This document shows positions 1-7,793 of a stretch of DNA of 64,000 nucleotides, one piece after another. The stretch is from assembly GCF_041248615.1 (NCBI RefSeq), contig NZ_CP158426.1. The stretch is one strand, 5' to 3'. A model generated the notes under the pieces. That model was not told where the DNA came from. It ran no database searches and saw nothing but the letters and a program-made list of their open reading frames with translations. The stretch comes from Escherichia coli (GTDB taxonomy: Bacteria; Pseudomonadota; Gammaproteobacteria; Enterobacterales; Enterobacteriaceae). The position numbers and the translations under genes were made by a program. Positions within the stretch are counted from its first letter, which is position 1. Every line of letters begins with the position of its first letter.

Positions 1-44
1 CATATTTAGTGTACTGTATACGGCCATTTATACAGGAAAAGCCT

Positions 45-215
45 ATGTCAGAACGTAAAGACTCAAAATCACGCCGTAATTATCTCGTTAAATGTTCCTG
101 CCCAAACTGCACCCAAGAGTCAGAACACAGTTTTTCAAGAGTACAAAAAGGTGCCCTTTTGATCTGCCCTCATTGCAACAAAGTATTCCAGACAAATCTT
201 AAAGCTGTAGCTTGA
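45..215 (+). CDS. Small zinc-ribbon protein (56 aa from ATG-45; track ORF 9-215)
   Basis: Two CxxC pairs (CSCPNC ... CPHC). AGGA-type SD before ATG-45. Sits beside csp morons as in Qin-type prophages. Confidence 0.5.
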   Translation: MSERKDSKSRRNYLVKCSCPNCTQESEHSFSRVQKGALLICPHCNKVFQTNLKAVA

Positions 216-274
216 TTGATTTTATTCGTAACAAGTATTTTTTATATTTTAATAACATATTTAAAGCAGATAAT

Positions 275-297
275 AAAAAACCCGCCTGAGCGGGTTT
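275..297. terminator. Intrinsic terminator hairpin, strongest in the minus direction
   Basis: aaacccgc-ctga-gcgggttt, preceded by an A6 run that gives a U-run on the minus strand. Confidence 0.6.
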
Positions 298-578
298 AAT
301 ATTGTGGTGCTTTTTGTGGGAGTCATCCACTTACGCACTTTGTTTTGCTATGCTAGCAGTTAGCTTCTGCTGTAAAACTATTCATGCAGCAAACCTGCAC
401 TTCACCACAATGGTTAGCATACTTTTCCTGATTAAGTTATTGCCAAATATGCTGGCCATTGTTTCATGTATTGGATCTCCTTACTATTTATTAAAGAGAT
501 CCAATATTCACCACTCTGTCTGTATCTCCACTCAGGCATCAGCCTTCTTCGTTATCGTATACAGACAAACTATTAATT

Positions 579-794
579 TTAATCAGTAATTATGACATTT
601 GCTGCTGCAGGACCTTTAGCACCACTCTCTACAGAGAAGGTAACCTTTTGACCTTCAAATAAGGTTCGATAATTATCATTCTGAATCGCAGAAAAATGCA
701 CAAACACATCTTTACTACCATCAACAGGAGAAATAAAGCCAAAACCTTTATCAGCGTTAAACCATTTTACTAAACCAGTCATTTTATTTGACAT
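579..794 (-). CDS. cspB: Cold-shock protein, CspB type (71 aa)
   Basis: [38 protein letters not shown]... has the RNP1/RNP2 CSD motifs. Near-identical to my memory of K-12 Qin CspB. Confidence 0.88.
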   Translation of the reverse strand: MSNKMTGLVKWFNADKGFGFISPVDGSKDVFVHFSAIQNDNYRTLFEGQKVTFSVESGAKGPAAANVIITD

Positions 795-1093
795 TCTACA
801 TTCCTTAACTTGAGCCTTTCGGCATAAATGGCTTGTATAACAGAAACGACTTCGTACTTAATTGGAGAGACTCAAAGAAGGAATAAGTGAATAACACCTG
901 AAATGAGAACTGCTTTAGTAAACTACTTCGTATATCGTCTGTTCTTCAAACCGACGCAATCATTAACGCATAGTTGAACATATGAAGCAATGTTTATTTT
1001 AGACATCCAGCCATCTTCAACCCCATCAAAAAACTATAGCTTTCTTCAGGAACGTGTGTATAGTGCGCCAAGTTATCAGTATTAAGGAATTTT

Positions 1094-1306
1094 TTGTCCC
1101 GTAAAATGACAGGAATTCTCAAAACCTTTGACGGCAAAAGCGGCAAAGGTCTTATAACCCCATCCGATGGTCGTATCGATGTCCAGCTTCATGTTTCAGC
1201 GCTCAATCTCCGCGATGCAGAAGAAATTACCACCGGATTACGCGTGGAATTTTGCCGGATAAATGGTCTGCGTGGACCATCAGCTGCCAATGTTTACCTT
1301 TCATGA
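1094..1306 (+). CDS. cspF: CspF/CspH-type cold-shock-domain protein (70 aa, TTG start)
   Basis: [25 protein letters not shown]...[26 protein letters not shown] upstream. Divergent from cspB, as in Qin. Confidence 0.8.
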   Translation: MSRKMTGILKTFDGKSGKGLITPSDGRIDVQLHVSALNLRDAEEITTGLRVEFCRINGLRGPSAANVYLS

Positions 1307-1360
1307 GCTATATTAAAGCTTTAACTTCAAGCCCCATCGAATCAAACATGGAGAGTTTTC

Positions 1361-1450
1361 ATGAATAAACCCGTCTGTCTTGATGACTGGTTGATTGGCT
1401 TTAAAAGCTTATGCTGTACTTTGACCTTAATAGCTCTGCTAATAATGTAA
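1361..1450 (+). CDS. Possible 29-aa hydrophobic small ORF ([29 protein letters not shown])
   Basis: GGAGAG SD 5 nt before the ATG. Below the track length cut-off. No other support. Confidence 0.2.
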   Translation: MNKPVCLDDWLIGFKSLCCTLTLIALLIM

Positions 1451-1591
1451 TAAGCAGACTCATTGTATCTATGGACATTGTACTGGAAGAAAACATTTTA
1501 AACATCAGGCAAAAAACAAAGTCACCCGATAAATAATAAGTAAACTAACATGAATCCCGTAATGAGATTCAACATCTCTATTACCCTATTT

Positions 1592-1622
1592 AAAGCACAA
1601 AAACCCGCTCATCAGCGGGTTT
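1592..1622 (-). terminator. tR'-like intrinsic terminator downstream of the late promoter (also terminator-like on the + strand)
   Basis: aaacccgc-tcatca-gcgggttt with T-runs on both sides. Confidence 0.6.
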
Positions 1623-1668
1623 TCTACTTTTTCTTAACTTCGGGTATACAAAGCCCATCGTTGAAAAA

Positions 1669-1697
1669 ATTTTATCCATATTTTTTGAAAAATGCAA
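1669..1697 (-). promoter_or_regulatory. pR'-like late promoter immediately downstream of Q
   Basis: On the minus strand: TTGCAT, 17 nt, TAAAAT. About 50-70 nt upstream of the terminator at 1592-1622, a lambda pR'/6S-RNA-like layout. Confidence 0.55.
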
Positions 1698-1728
1698 GCA
1701 TCACGTCGCCATCTTCGGCGAAAATCAC

Positions 1729-2481
1729 TTATCTCGTCACCTTTCTCAATTGTGCTTCAGCGTAAGATTCCTCCTGCCAGCACTTTGTAACCAGTTTATC
1801 AATGACATTTGCATATCCTTTATACCACTGATAATCACTCAGGTCCGGTACCAGCTTCTGGACATGATGCCGCGCCAGTGTGGTTGGTAAACGACTAAAC
1901 CGTTTTCCATTGCAACGCCCACAAATCTTATAAACAGGTGTGCCATGAAGCCGGGTCCTTTTTTCATCCAGGACAATACCTTTACCCTTACACCCTCTGC
2001 ACGCTGTGCTGACTTCTCCCTTACCATGGCAATGCTGACATAGTTCCTTCACCCACTCTTCTTTGATAACAGATTCCCCGCTTCTGGAGTGTTTCACCAC
2101 TTCGCGCAATACATTATGAAATCCAGTACCAGCACAATGCTCGCAACGAGCCTTACTTGCCGCAGACCTGGAATAATCAGCAAAGGCAAAATTCACAAGG
2201 TAAGGAATAATCTGTAGCCGGGTTTCTTCACTCAATTTATTCAATGTCGGGTTATCCAGTGCCATCGCGTAATTGAGCAGACCTTCAATCGCAAACTGAG
2301 GATCCTGAACACCAACTTTTGCCAGGAATAAGGCAAACCCAAGCGGTGCTTTCGACTGCACCATCCCCTGCGCAGCCATCACATCCGTAATCGTTAAACC
2401 ACCAGAGCCTGTCGCCGGTGCGTCATCACTCAATTTTGGAGATTTTGGGGAGTAATATTTTGGTAAGGCTTCAAGGTTCAT
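1729..2481 (-). CDS. Late-gene antiterminator Q (Qin QuuQ-like, 250 aa)
   Basis: Repeated CxxCxGxG zinc-finger motifs (CEHCAGTG, CQHCHGKG, CRGCKGKG, CGRCNGKR). Position upstream of the late promoter. Size and neighbours match Qin quuQ-ydfU. Confidence 0.8.
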   Translation of the reverse strand: MNLEALPKYYSPKSPKLSDDAPATGSGGLTITDVMAAQGMVQSKAPLGFALFLAKVGVQDPQFAIEGLLNYAMALDNPTLNKLSEETRLQIIPYLVNFAFADYSRSAASKARCEHCAGTGFHNVLREVVKHSRSGESVIKEEWVKELCQHCHGKGEVSTACRGCKGKGIVLDEKRTRLHGTPVYKICGRCNGKRFSRLPTTLARHHVQKLVPDLSDYQWYKGYANVIDKLVTKCWQEESYAEAQLRKVTR

Positions 2482-2494
2482 GCTCGTTCTCCAC

Positions 2495-3490
2495 TTACGC
2501 CAGTACGCCTATTGCCAGCGCACGATCGATAAAACGAAATATCAGCTCCAGCTGGGAGCCATACTTCTCTTCAAATGCCACGGTATCCGCATGCAGCTCG
2601 TCGTGATGCTTTCTGCACAAAGGCAACACAAAAAGGTCATGCGCTTTTGTACCCATTCCCCCCTGACCGTGGCCTATCAGGTGGTGGGGATCATCAGCAG
2701 GTTTTCCACAACATGCGCACGGCTGCGTCTTAACCCAGCGCGTGTACTTTTCATTAACCCAGCGGTGACGTTTTGGGCGTAACATAAAAGACTCCGGCGA
2801 CTCCGGATCCACTTTCAGCGCCAGCACCTTTTTCGCCTTATCCTGGATGATGCTGGTGGCAGGAACCGAAGGCACAAGGTCACTTTCCCGGGTAACAGAC
2901 GGCACAACAGGCTTCGGTAATCTCAGTGCCTTACGGGCTGCACTTTCCGGTAAGGCATCCGCCAGATCATTACGAATCAGCCACCAGCACAGTTCCGGCA
3001 TTGTCACAACATGACTGTCATCAAAACCGAGATCCCGACGCACAACAGACAACACCCAGCGGGCACAGTTATCCGTTGCCATTGATTCCAGCCGTTCCGT
3101 GAACTGATCGCGCAGCTGGTTATCGCAGTGCCAGCACAGACGGATTGCGCCCGGAGCGTGTCGCATTGTTGTCATATTCTCGCTGTGCCAGTCGGAATGA
3201 GGCCACTGGCAGCCTTTTTCACGAAGTAACCAGCTTTCAAGACATTCCACCCCACCAGCACGACGGATCACTGCCTCATTGCGGAACACGGCCCGAACGG
3301 CAGGATCATCCGCCAGCGGTTGTGATGCCGCCGGAACGGCACCACTGGCGAAAGATGAATAACGTTCCGGCTCAGGCTCCAGCAGGACACGCCCCTGCAT
3401 AAACAAGGGCATCAGCTCTGAACCTGGTCTGAACAATACGATCCCCATACGCGGGGCAATTTCAGGGGTCAGTAGTGCTCTCACGGTCAC
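2495..3490 (-). CDS. DUF968 (YdfU-like) prophage protein
   Basis: C-terminal CACCGKPADDPHHLIGHGQGGMGTKAHDLFVLPLCRKHHDELH motif, typical of DUF968. Confidence 0.75.
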   Translation of the reverse strand: MTVRALLTPEIAPRMGIVLFRPGSELMPLFMQGRVLLEPEPERYSSFASGAVPAASQPLADDPAVRAVFRNEAVIRRAGGVECLESWLLREKGCQWPHSDWHSENMTTMRHAPGAIRLCWHCDNQLRDQFTERLESMATDNCARWVLSVVRRDLGFDDSHVVTMPELCWWLIRNDLADALPESAARKALRLPKPVVPSVTRESDLVPSVPATSIIQDKAKKVLALKVDPESPESFMLRPKRHRWVNEKYTRWVKTQPCACCGKPADDPHHLIGHGQGGMGTKAHDLFVLPLCRKHHDELHADTVAFEEKYGSQLELIFRFIDRALAIGVLA

Positions 3491-3491
3491 C

Positions 3492-4307
3492 TCAATGAAC
3501 GGTATCGAGCAGCTTTAACAGCTCAGGGAATCGGGATTCGAAGAAATGCGGCTGCGTCTCGCGCGGATTTGCAGGACTGGTGATGTTCTTGCCGAACATG
3601 CAGCCTTTCGCGGTCAGCGACCAGAATTTTTTGATGTTGTTAATCGCGGTACGACTGTATCGTTCGCGTTGTTCAACGATCCCCAGCTTCGCCATCTGGT
3701 GATATGCCTGATTAGCCGTCAGGCGGATACCATACTGCTTCAGCAGTGCACTCAGCGACAGCGTAGGGCGGCTTGAACCATCTGGCGCATCAGCAGGTGC
3801 ATCAATGGCATAGATCGGCATAAGTTCAGGAAGACCAGCTACCTTTGATAATTTCTGGTATGCACCAAGTTTCGAGGAGTTTGACAGATTTAGAGTCTTT
3901 GCTGCTGATTCAAGCAGAATGACCCCGGATTTAATTTTGTCGGATGTGGTTTCTTCTGGTGATGAATTATGAAGCGCATCAAAAGTACGTATCACTTTTA
4001 AGCTGAATGCCGGGCTGATCCACATTGCATATGCATAGACCAGCTCTTTACAGACATACGTCCCACCATTGCGCCCCTGAATGGTGATGACAGGAATACT
4101 ACGGGAATCTCCCGTAGTTTCTTCTTCCAATAATTCCACAAGAGCCTTCGTTTCAGGACGACGCATAAACTCGTGAACTTCCAGCGAACGGGAGGAGCGA
4201 TTCTCACCAGCGGCAAGAAGAGCAGCTTTCTGAAGGTCGTTAAGACAGTAGTTAGATTCGAAGTACTGGCGCACAGAAACGCCATCAATTACAAGCAACT
4301 GATTCAT
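3492..4307 (-). CDS. KilA-N domain DNA-binding protein (271 aa from ATG-4307)
   Basis: GTYVCKELVYAYAMWISPAFSLKVIRTFDAL is KilA-N-like. GGAG SD before ATG-4307. Confidence 0.7.
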   Translation of the reverse strand: MNQLLVIDGVSVRQYFESNYCLNDLQKAALLAAGENRSSRSLEVHEFMRRPETKALVELLEEETTGDSRSIPVITIQGRNGGTYVCKELVYAYAMWISPAFSLKVIRTFDALHNSSPEETTSDKIKSGVILLESAAKTLNLSNSSKLGAYQKLSKVAGLPELMPIYAIDAPADAPDGSSRPTLSLSALLKQYGIRLTANQAYHQMAKLGIVEQRERYSRTAINNIKKFWSLTAKGCMFGKNITSPANPRETQPHFFESRFPELLKLLDTVH

Positions 4308-4469
4308 TGGTTTCTCCACAAATTTTTATCCACGAGCGGGACTGCACTCCCTTTTCGTTGATGCAGGATGAACTTACTGCGATTTTTAATAGTTATCAAG
4401 GATACACTGTTCATAAATACAGTATCTTTAACGAGGTAATACCCAAATTTAGGGTGTTGCTCAATTCCG

Positions 4470-4865
4470 TTACCGAGTTGCTAATTTGCAACTCGCTTTT
4501 TCGTACTTACTGATAGTGATCTCGACCTTCCCCTCCGGGATAACCGGTCCCCACTCCACCAGCATTCTTTTCACCTGACTGTCGTCTTCCCACACACCCG
4601 CGTGGGTCAGGGCGTCAAACAGCGCCTTGTTATAGTTGTCCAGATCGCGGATCCGGTTATCCGGAGGAAACAACACGATCTCCACTGAAGCAGGTGCCGA
4701 CGTTGGTTTCGGCAGACGACGTAACTGCTCAACTATTGCTGCGCACGCCGCGCTCTGGAATTTGCGCCCCGCTGCGCTTATCAGACTCTTACCAGCAAAC
4801 GCCCCTTTGTTGGGGTGTCGCCAGTACGTGTTCACGCTGGGCGGGAAAGGCAGGATCAGCTTCAT
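4470..4865 (-). CDS. rusA: RusA-family Holliday-junction resolvase
   Basis: PPSVNTYW...DLDNYNKALFDALTHAGVWEDDSQV, the RusA signature. ATGA overlap with the upstream gene. Confidence 0.9.
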   Translation of the reverse strand: MKLILPFPPSVNTYWRHPNKGAFAGKSLISAAGRKFQSAACAAIVEQLRRLPKPTSAPASVEIVLFPPDNRIRDLDNYNKALFDALTHAGVWEDDSQVKRMLVEWGPVIPEGKVEITISKYEKASCKLATR

Positions 4866-5188
4866 ACTTTCAGGCCCCTCTCATGTAACCAGTGGGCTGC
4901 ACGCAGCCTGCCGTTTTCCTCACCGGCAAGCAGTGCGCGGATAATCCCGACCGCCTCGCTGTCGTCGTCCTTCACCGCGGTATGAAGCGTTATCCCCCGG
5001 GCCACGCCACGCTTTATCGTGATGACGCCTTTTTTCTCCAGTGCACGAAGATGCTCTACCGCTGCATTCACTGAACGGTATCCCAGCATGGTTGCCACCT
5101 CCTGATTGGTTGGCGGAAAGCCACGCTCTTTCTGGTAAGAAATCAGCATATCCAGCACCTGCTGCTGGCATTGAGTTAACGTCGTCAT
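4862..5188 (-). CDS. LexA-like N-terminal DNA-binding domain protein lacking the S24 peptidase domain (108 aa)
   Basis: LTQCQQQVLDMLISYQKERGFPPTNQEVATMLGYRSVNAAVEHLRALEKKGVITIKRGVARGITL parallels the LexA N-terminus. No Ala-Gly/Ser/Lys autocleavage module. TAATG coupling to the upstream gene. Confidence 0.7.
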   Translation of the reverse strand: MTTLTQCQQQVLDMLISYQKERGFPPTNQEVATMLGYRSVNAAVEHLRALEKKGVITIKRGVARGITLHTAVKDDDSEAVGIIRALLAGEENGRLRAAHWLHERGLKV

Positions 5189-5676
5189 TACGCCCCCACG
5201 TAATTCCCTGACAGATACCACTCATCACTCGATACAGCGCGCTTGCTGCTTTTCCGTAAACACTGCTCACGACGCGCCAGAAAATTGTTTCGTTCTGGCT
5301 GGGAGTGGCTTTCACGGAATGCCGCCATCCACACCGTTGCAGCACGACGGTATAAGCCCCTTGACTCCAGTTCTTCAGCCTGGCGGGTCAGGCACAAAAT
5401 CACCCGGGGATCGTTAGTGCCGACATAGAAATTGCGCACAGGTCTGGTTTCACGAACTGGTTGTGGTTCCGGCTCCTGCGCTCTCTCAGTCAGGCGCGGG
5501 AAATGTCTGCGTGTATCTCCTTCACAACGGTGAGCCACACGCCCACTCTGACGTAACTTGCTTGCTGACTGCAGAACGCGCTGCCGTGAGTAACCTGCAA
5601 AAGCATCCGCAATGTCTCCGGAAGTACACCCCGGATGGGCTTCAATGAATTTCTGAACTTCATTCAAAAGACTCAT
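5188..5676 (-). CDS. PerC-family transcriptional regulator-like protein (162 aa)
   Basis: QAEELESRGLYRRAATVWMAAF matches the PerC/Pch core motif (AE.LE..G.[WY]RRAA..W). Confidence 0.6.
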   Translation of the reverse strand: MSLLNEVQKFIEAHPGCTSGDIADAFAGYSRQRVLQSASKLRQSGRVAHRCEGDTRRHFPRLTERAQEPEPQPVRETRPVRNFYVGTNDPRVILCLTRQAEELESRGLYRRAATVWMAAFRESHSQPERNNFLARREQCLRKSSKRAVSSDEWYLSGNYVGA

Positions 5677-5678
5677 AA

Positions 5679-6620
5679 TCACCCCCTGAATCCTGCCGGG
5701 ATCTGGCTGTAGTCCACGTTGTCGTAACTGGCTTTGAAGTACGGGTCTTCACGTTTTTCTGTGTGCGTGCTGACGGACGGCGATAAGCGCAGGGAAAGCT
5801 CATCCCATTTTTCCCGCAACTTCGACGGGCTGAGCACGTTACGGCACCAGAACGGATCGCGGCTGACGCGGCTGTACATCTCGCAGATTTGTTTGTGAGT
5901 ACGACCATCCTGCACACACATCAGGCGAATTTCGTTTGCCCAGGCTGTCCAGTTAGGTTCTTTGGGACGAACCACCTCGCCGTCACATTCGGCGGCCTGC
6001 TCGTACAGGGCGATGATTTTTTTCCAGAGCCACTGTGCGCAGGTCAAATCATCCTGCGTTCCCCACTGGCGCTTTTTAGGGCTGAATACAACCGCATCAG
6101 GATGGCGAGTTAAAAAATCCTGTTCATCCATCTGCGTGTCCGGTTGCGAAGCGTCCGGACGAGAAGGTTTTTTATCTGATGGATCATGTTTTGATTTTAC
6201 TGACGGATCCCCGCCAGATTCTGACGGGTGAAAACCCGCTTTTTTGCCAGATTTCGACGCATCAAATTTTGACGGGTCAGATTTTGATGCGTCAGATTTT
6301 GACGGGTCAGAATCTGACAGTTGAGAAAATGCCGCTGCCTGAAGCTTCGCAACGTTAAGCTGATAAACATTCGACGCATTGCGGTTACCCTGGCGACGCG
6401 CCTTACGCGTTAACCAGCCTTCTGCTTCCAGCCGTGCGATAGCCGTTCTGACGGTACTCATCCCCGCGCCAATCTGACGGGCAATGGTTTCAATTGATGG
6501 CCAGCACACACCTTCGTCATTACTGAAATCAGCCAGGCGGGCCATAATTGCCACGCTGGATAACTTCATGCCTGATGCAGCGCAACCATCCCATACATAG
6601 CCGGTTAATTTAGTGCTCAT
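5679..6620 (-). CDS. Phage replication initiator (O-like; N-terminal winged-HTH, internal iteron-encoded repeats, DnaT-like C-terminal tail)
   Basis: wHTH WPSIETIARQIGAGMSTVRTAIARLEAEGWL. Pentapeptide repeats SDPSK/SDASK are encoded by 15-bp iterons. The C-terminus DYSQIPAGFRG resembles the DnaT C-terminus. Confidence 0.75.
   Translation of the reverse strand: MSTKLTGYVWDGCAASGMKLSSVAIMARLADFSNDEGVCWPSIETIARQIGAGMSTVRTAIARLEAEGWLTRKARRQGNRNASNVYQLNVAKLQAAAFSQLSDSDPSKSDASKSDPSKFDASKSGKKAGFHPSESGGDPSVKSKHDPSDKKPSRPDASQPDTQMDEQDFLTRHPDAVVFSPKKRQWGTQDDLTCAQWLWKKIIALYEQAAECDGEVVRPKEPNWTAWANEIRLMCVQDGRTHKQICEMYSRVSRDPFWCRNVLSPSKLREKWDELSLRLSPSVSTHTEKREDPYFKASYDNVDYSQIPAGFRG
6190..6322. repeat. Iteron array (putative ori) inside the replication gene
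   Basis: Five contiguous 15-bp units at 6248-6322 (cagatttcgacgcat, caaattttgacgggt, cagattttgatgcgt, cagattttgacgggt, cagaatctgacagtt), plus cagattctgacgggt at 6215-6229. Confidence 0.7.
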
Positions 6621-6789
6621 GACCGACCTCTATTTCCCTGAATTTACGACGAAACTGTTCGAGCGGACTGAAGCATTCATGCTCATAACCTTCGCGGAGG
6701 TAGATAACCCGTTGTGTTTCCGGCTCCCAACGAATGACTCTGACGAGCACTCCGTAGTGATCTTTGAACCAGCGGTTAACTTGTCGCAA
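6610..6789 (-). CDS. Alternative-frame 59-aa ORF (TTG start), or the frameshifted 3' half of the preceding gene
   Basis: AAGGAG 8 nt before the [62 protein letters not shown]. Its TAA overlaps the ATG region of the replication gene (catgagcactaa). Confidence 0.4.
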   Translation of the reverse strand: MRQVNRWFKDHYGVLVRVIRWEPETQRVIYLREGYEHECFSPLEQFRRKFREIEVGHEH

Positions 6790-6968
6790 AGGACTGTCTC
6801 CTTCTGCCGGTTGAAATCACCCACAGCCCACTCTGCAAAGCTGTGGGTTACAATTTCCCTGTCACCTGGTACATTCACTGCATAGCAATATTCCACCTTC
6901 GCTTTTCCACCCGGTACAGGAAGCGCAATCAGTTGCGAGCGACGGTAGTGTGTTGTTAAACTGTTCAT
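6630..6968 (-). CDS. Track ORF of 112 aa; only the 5' ~60 codons look protein-like
   Basis: [52 protein letters not shown] looks coding. The Ser-rich tail looks like an out-of-frame read (see 6610-6789). Confidence 0.4.
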   Translation of the reverse strand: MNSLTTHYRRSQLIALPVPGGKAKVEYCYAVNVPGDREIVTHSFAEWAVGDFNRQKETVLCDKLTAGSKITTECSSESFVGSRKHNGLSTSAKVMSMNASVRSNSFVVNSGK

Positions 6969-7522
6969 GCGTTAGTTTCTCCACAACCAGAAGCAATCGA
7001 CGCCACGACGCCCGGAGCTGCACACTCACGGGCGTCATTACTTTCTGAAATGCAAAAAATTTTGTAGACAAGTGCTGCATGCTCCTGCAGCTTCGAAATT
7101 GAGAGATACAGCTCGTCGTTAATTGCTGTCTTCTCATGCGGTTCCACTACGCCGTCTTCGATTGCTGAACGAATCTGTTTTGAATAACTGCCGATCTGTT
7201 CAATGACTTCCAGCAGACGCTGGTTAATATCGGCGTTGTCCACATCCTCGACGTCAGGAAGAGACACAAAGACGCCATTTGCAGACTGCGCCACAGCATC
7301 AGCAATGAAGTGAGTGCCACCAGCACGCTGTAAAACCATTGCCCATCCCAGCGGGAAAATCTGATCGCCATCTGCACGAAGGCGGTTGAATAAAGCGTTC
7401 TCTGTTACATCCAGCCAGTCAGCGGCTTCAGCGTAACCCCCCGGCAACGCCGCGATAGTTTTTCTGACAGCTTTCACGTACCACTCAGGCTGTTTTTCTA
7501 TTTTCCAGTGATGCTTACCCAC
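6965..7522 (-). CDS. CII-like / YdaT-CP76-type phage regulatory protein (185 aa from GTG-7522; alternative ATG-7555)
   Basis: Lies directly downstream of the cro-like gene. TAAGGAG SD 6 nt before GTG-7522. The family call is from memory only. Confidence 0.5.
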   Translation of the reverse strand: MGKHHWKIEKQPEWYVKAVRKTIAALPGGYAEAADWLDVTENALFNRLRADGDQIFPLGWAMVLQRAGGTHFIADAVAQSANGVFVSLPDVEDVDNADINQRLLEVIEQIGSYSKQIRSAIEDGVVEPHEKTAINDELYLSISKLQEHAALVYKIFCISESNDARECAAPGVVASIASGCGETNA

Positions 7523-7544
7523 GGCTATCTCCTTAAAACTGTGG

Positions 7545-7793
7545 TTACTTTTCATCTGATGAATCTTTAATCTTTTGAAAAATATCTGGACGTAATTTTT
7601 CTTTTGATATGCCAGTGGTCTTTTCAATGAATATCGAGAGCTTTGCAGGGGGACGCTTTTCTCTGTTCAACCAGTTCCAGACATGTTGTTGCTTTACTAA
7701 ATGACCGCTGCTGGCTGTGAGCTTCCGAGCCAATTCTGATTGACCACCAGCCAGAGCGATTGCCTCCGATAAGGCTAATTGCTCAGGTGTCAT
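7545..7793 (-). CDS. Cro/YdaS-type HTH regulator (82 aa)
   Basis: HTH GGQSELARKLTASSGHLVKQQHVWNWL. Divergent from the cI-like repressor. Confidence 0.75.
   Translation of the reverse strand: MTPEQLALSEAIALAGGQSELARKLTASSGHLVKQQHVWNWLNREKRPPAKLSIFIEKTTGISKEKLRPDIFQKIKDSSDEK

Noticed and set aside
302-589. 95-aa plus-strand ORF
   Set aside because: It is Cys/Phe/Leu-rich with no SD. It lies in the AT-rich 3' region downstream of cspB and overlaps the cspB 3' end. Probably non-coding.
4920-5345. 141-aa minus-strand alternative frame overlapping the LexA-DBD and PerC-like genes
   Set aside because: It is Arg/Gly/Ser-rich out-of-frame read-through. The two annotated frames show domain-level motifs and translational coupling.
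6613-6885. 90-aa plus-strand ORF ([22 protein letters not shown]...) opposite to the early-right operon
   Set aside because: - Its protein-like first half is the antisense shadow of a better minus-strand frame (6610-6789).
- That minus-strand frame has an SD and stop-start coupling to the replication gene.
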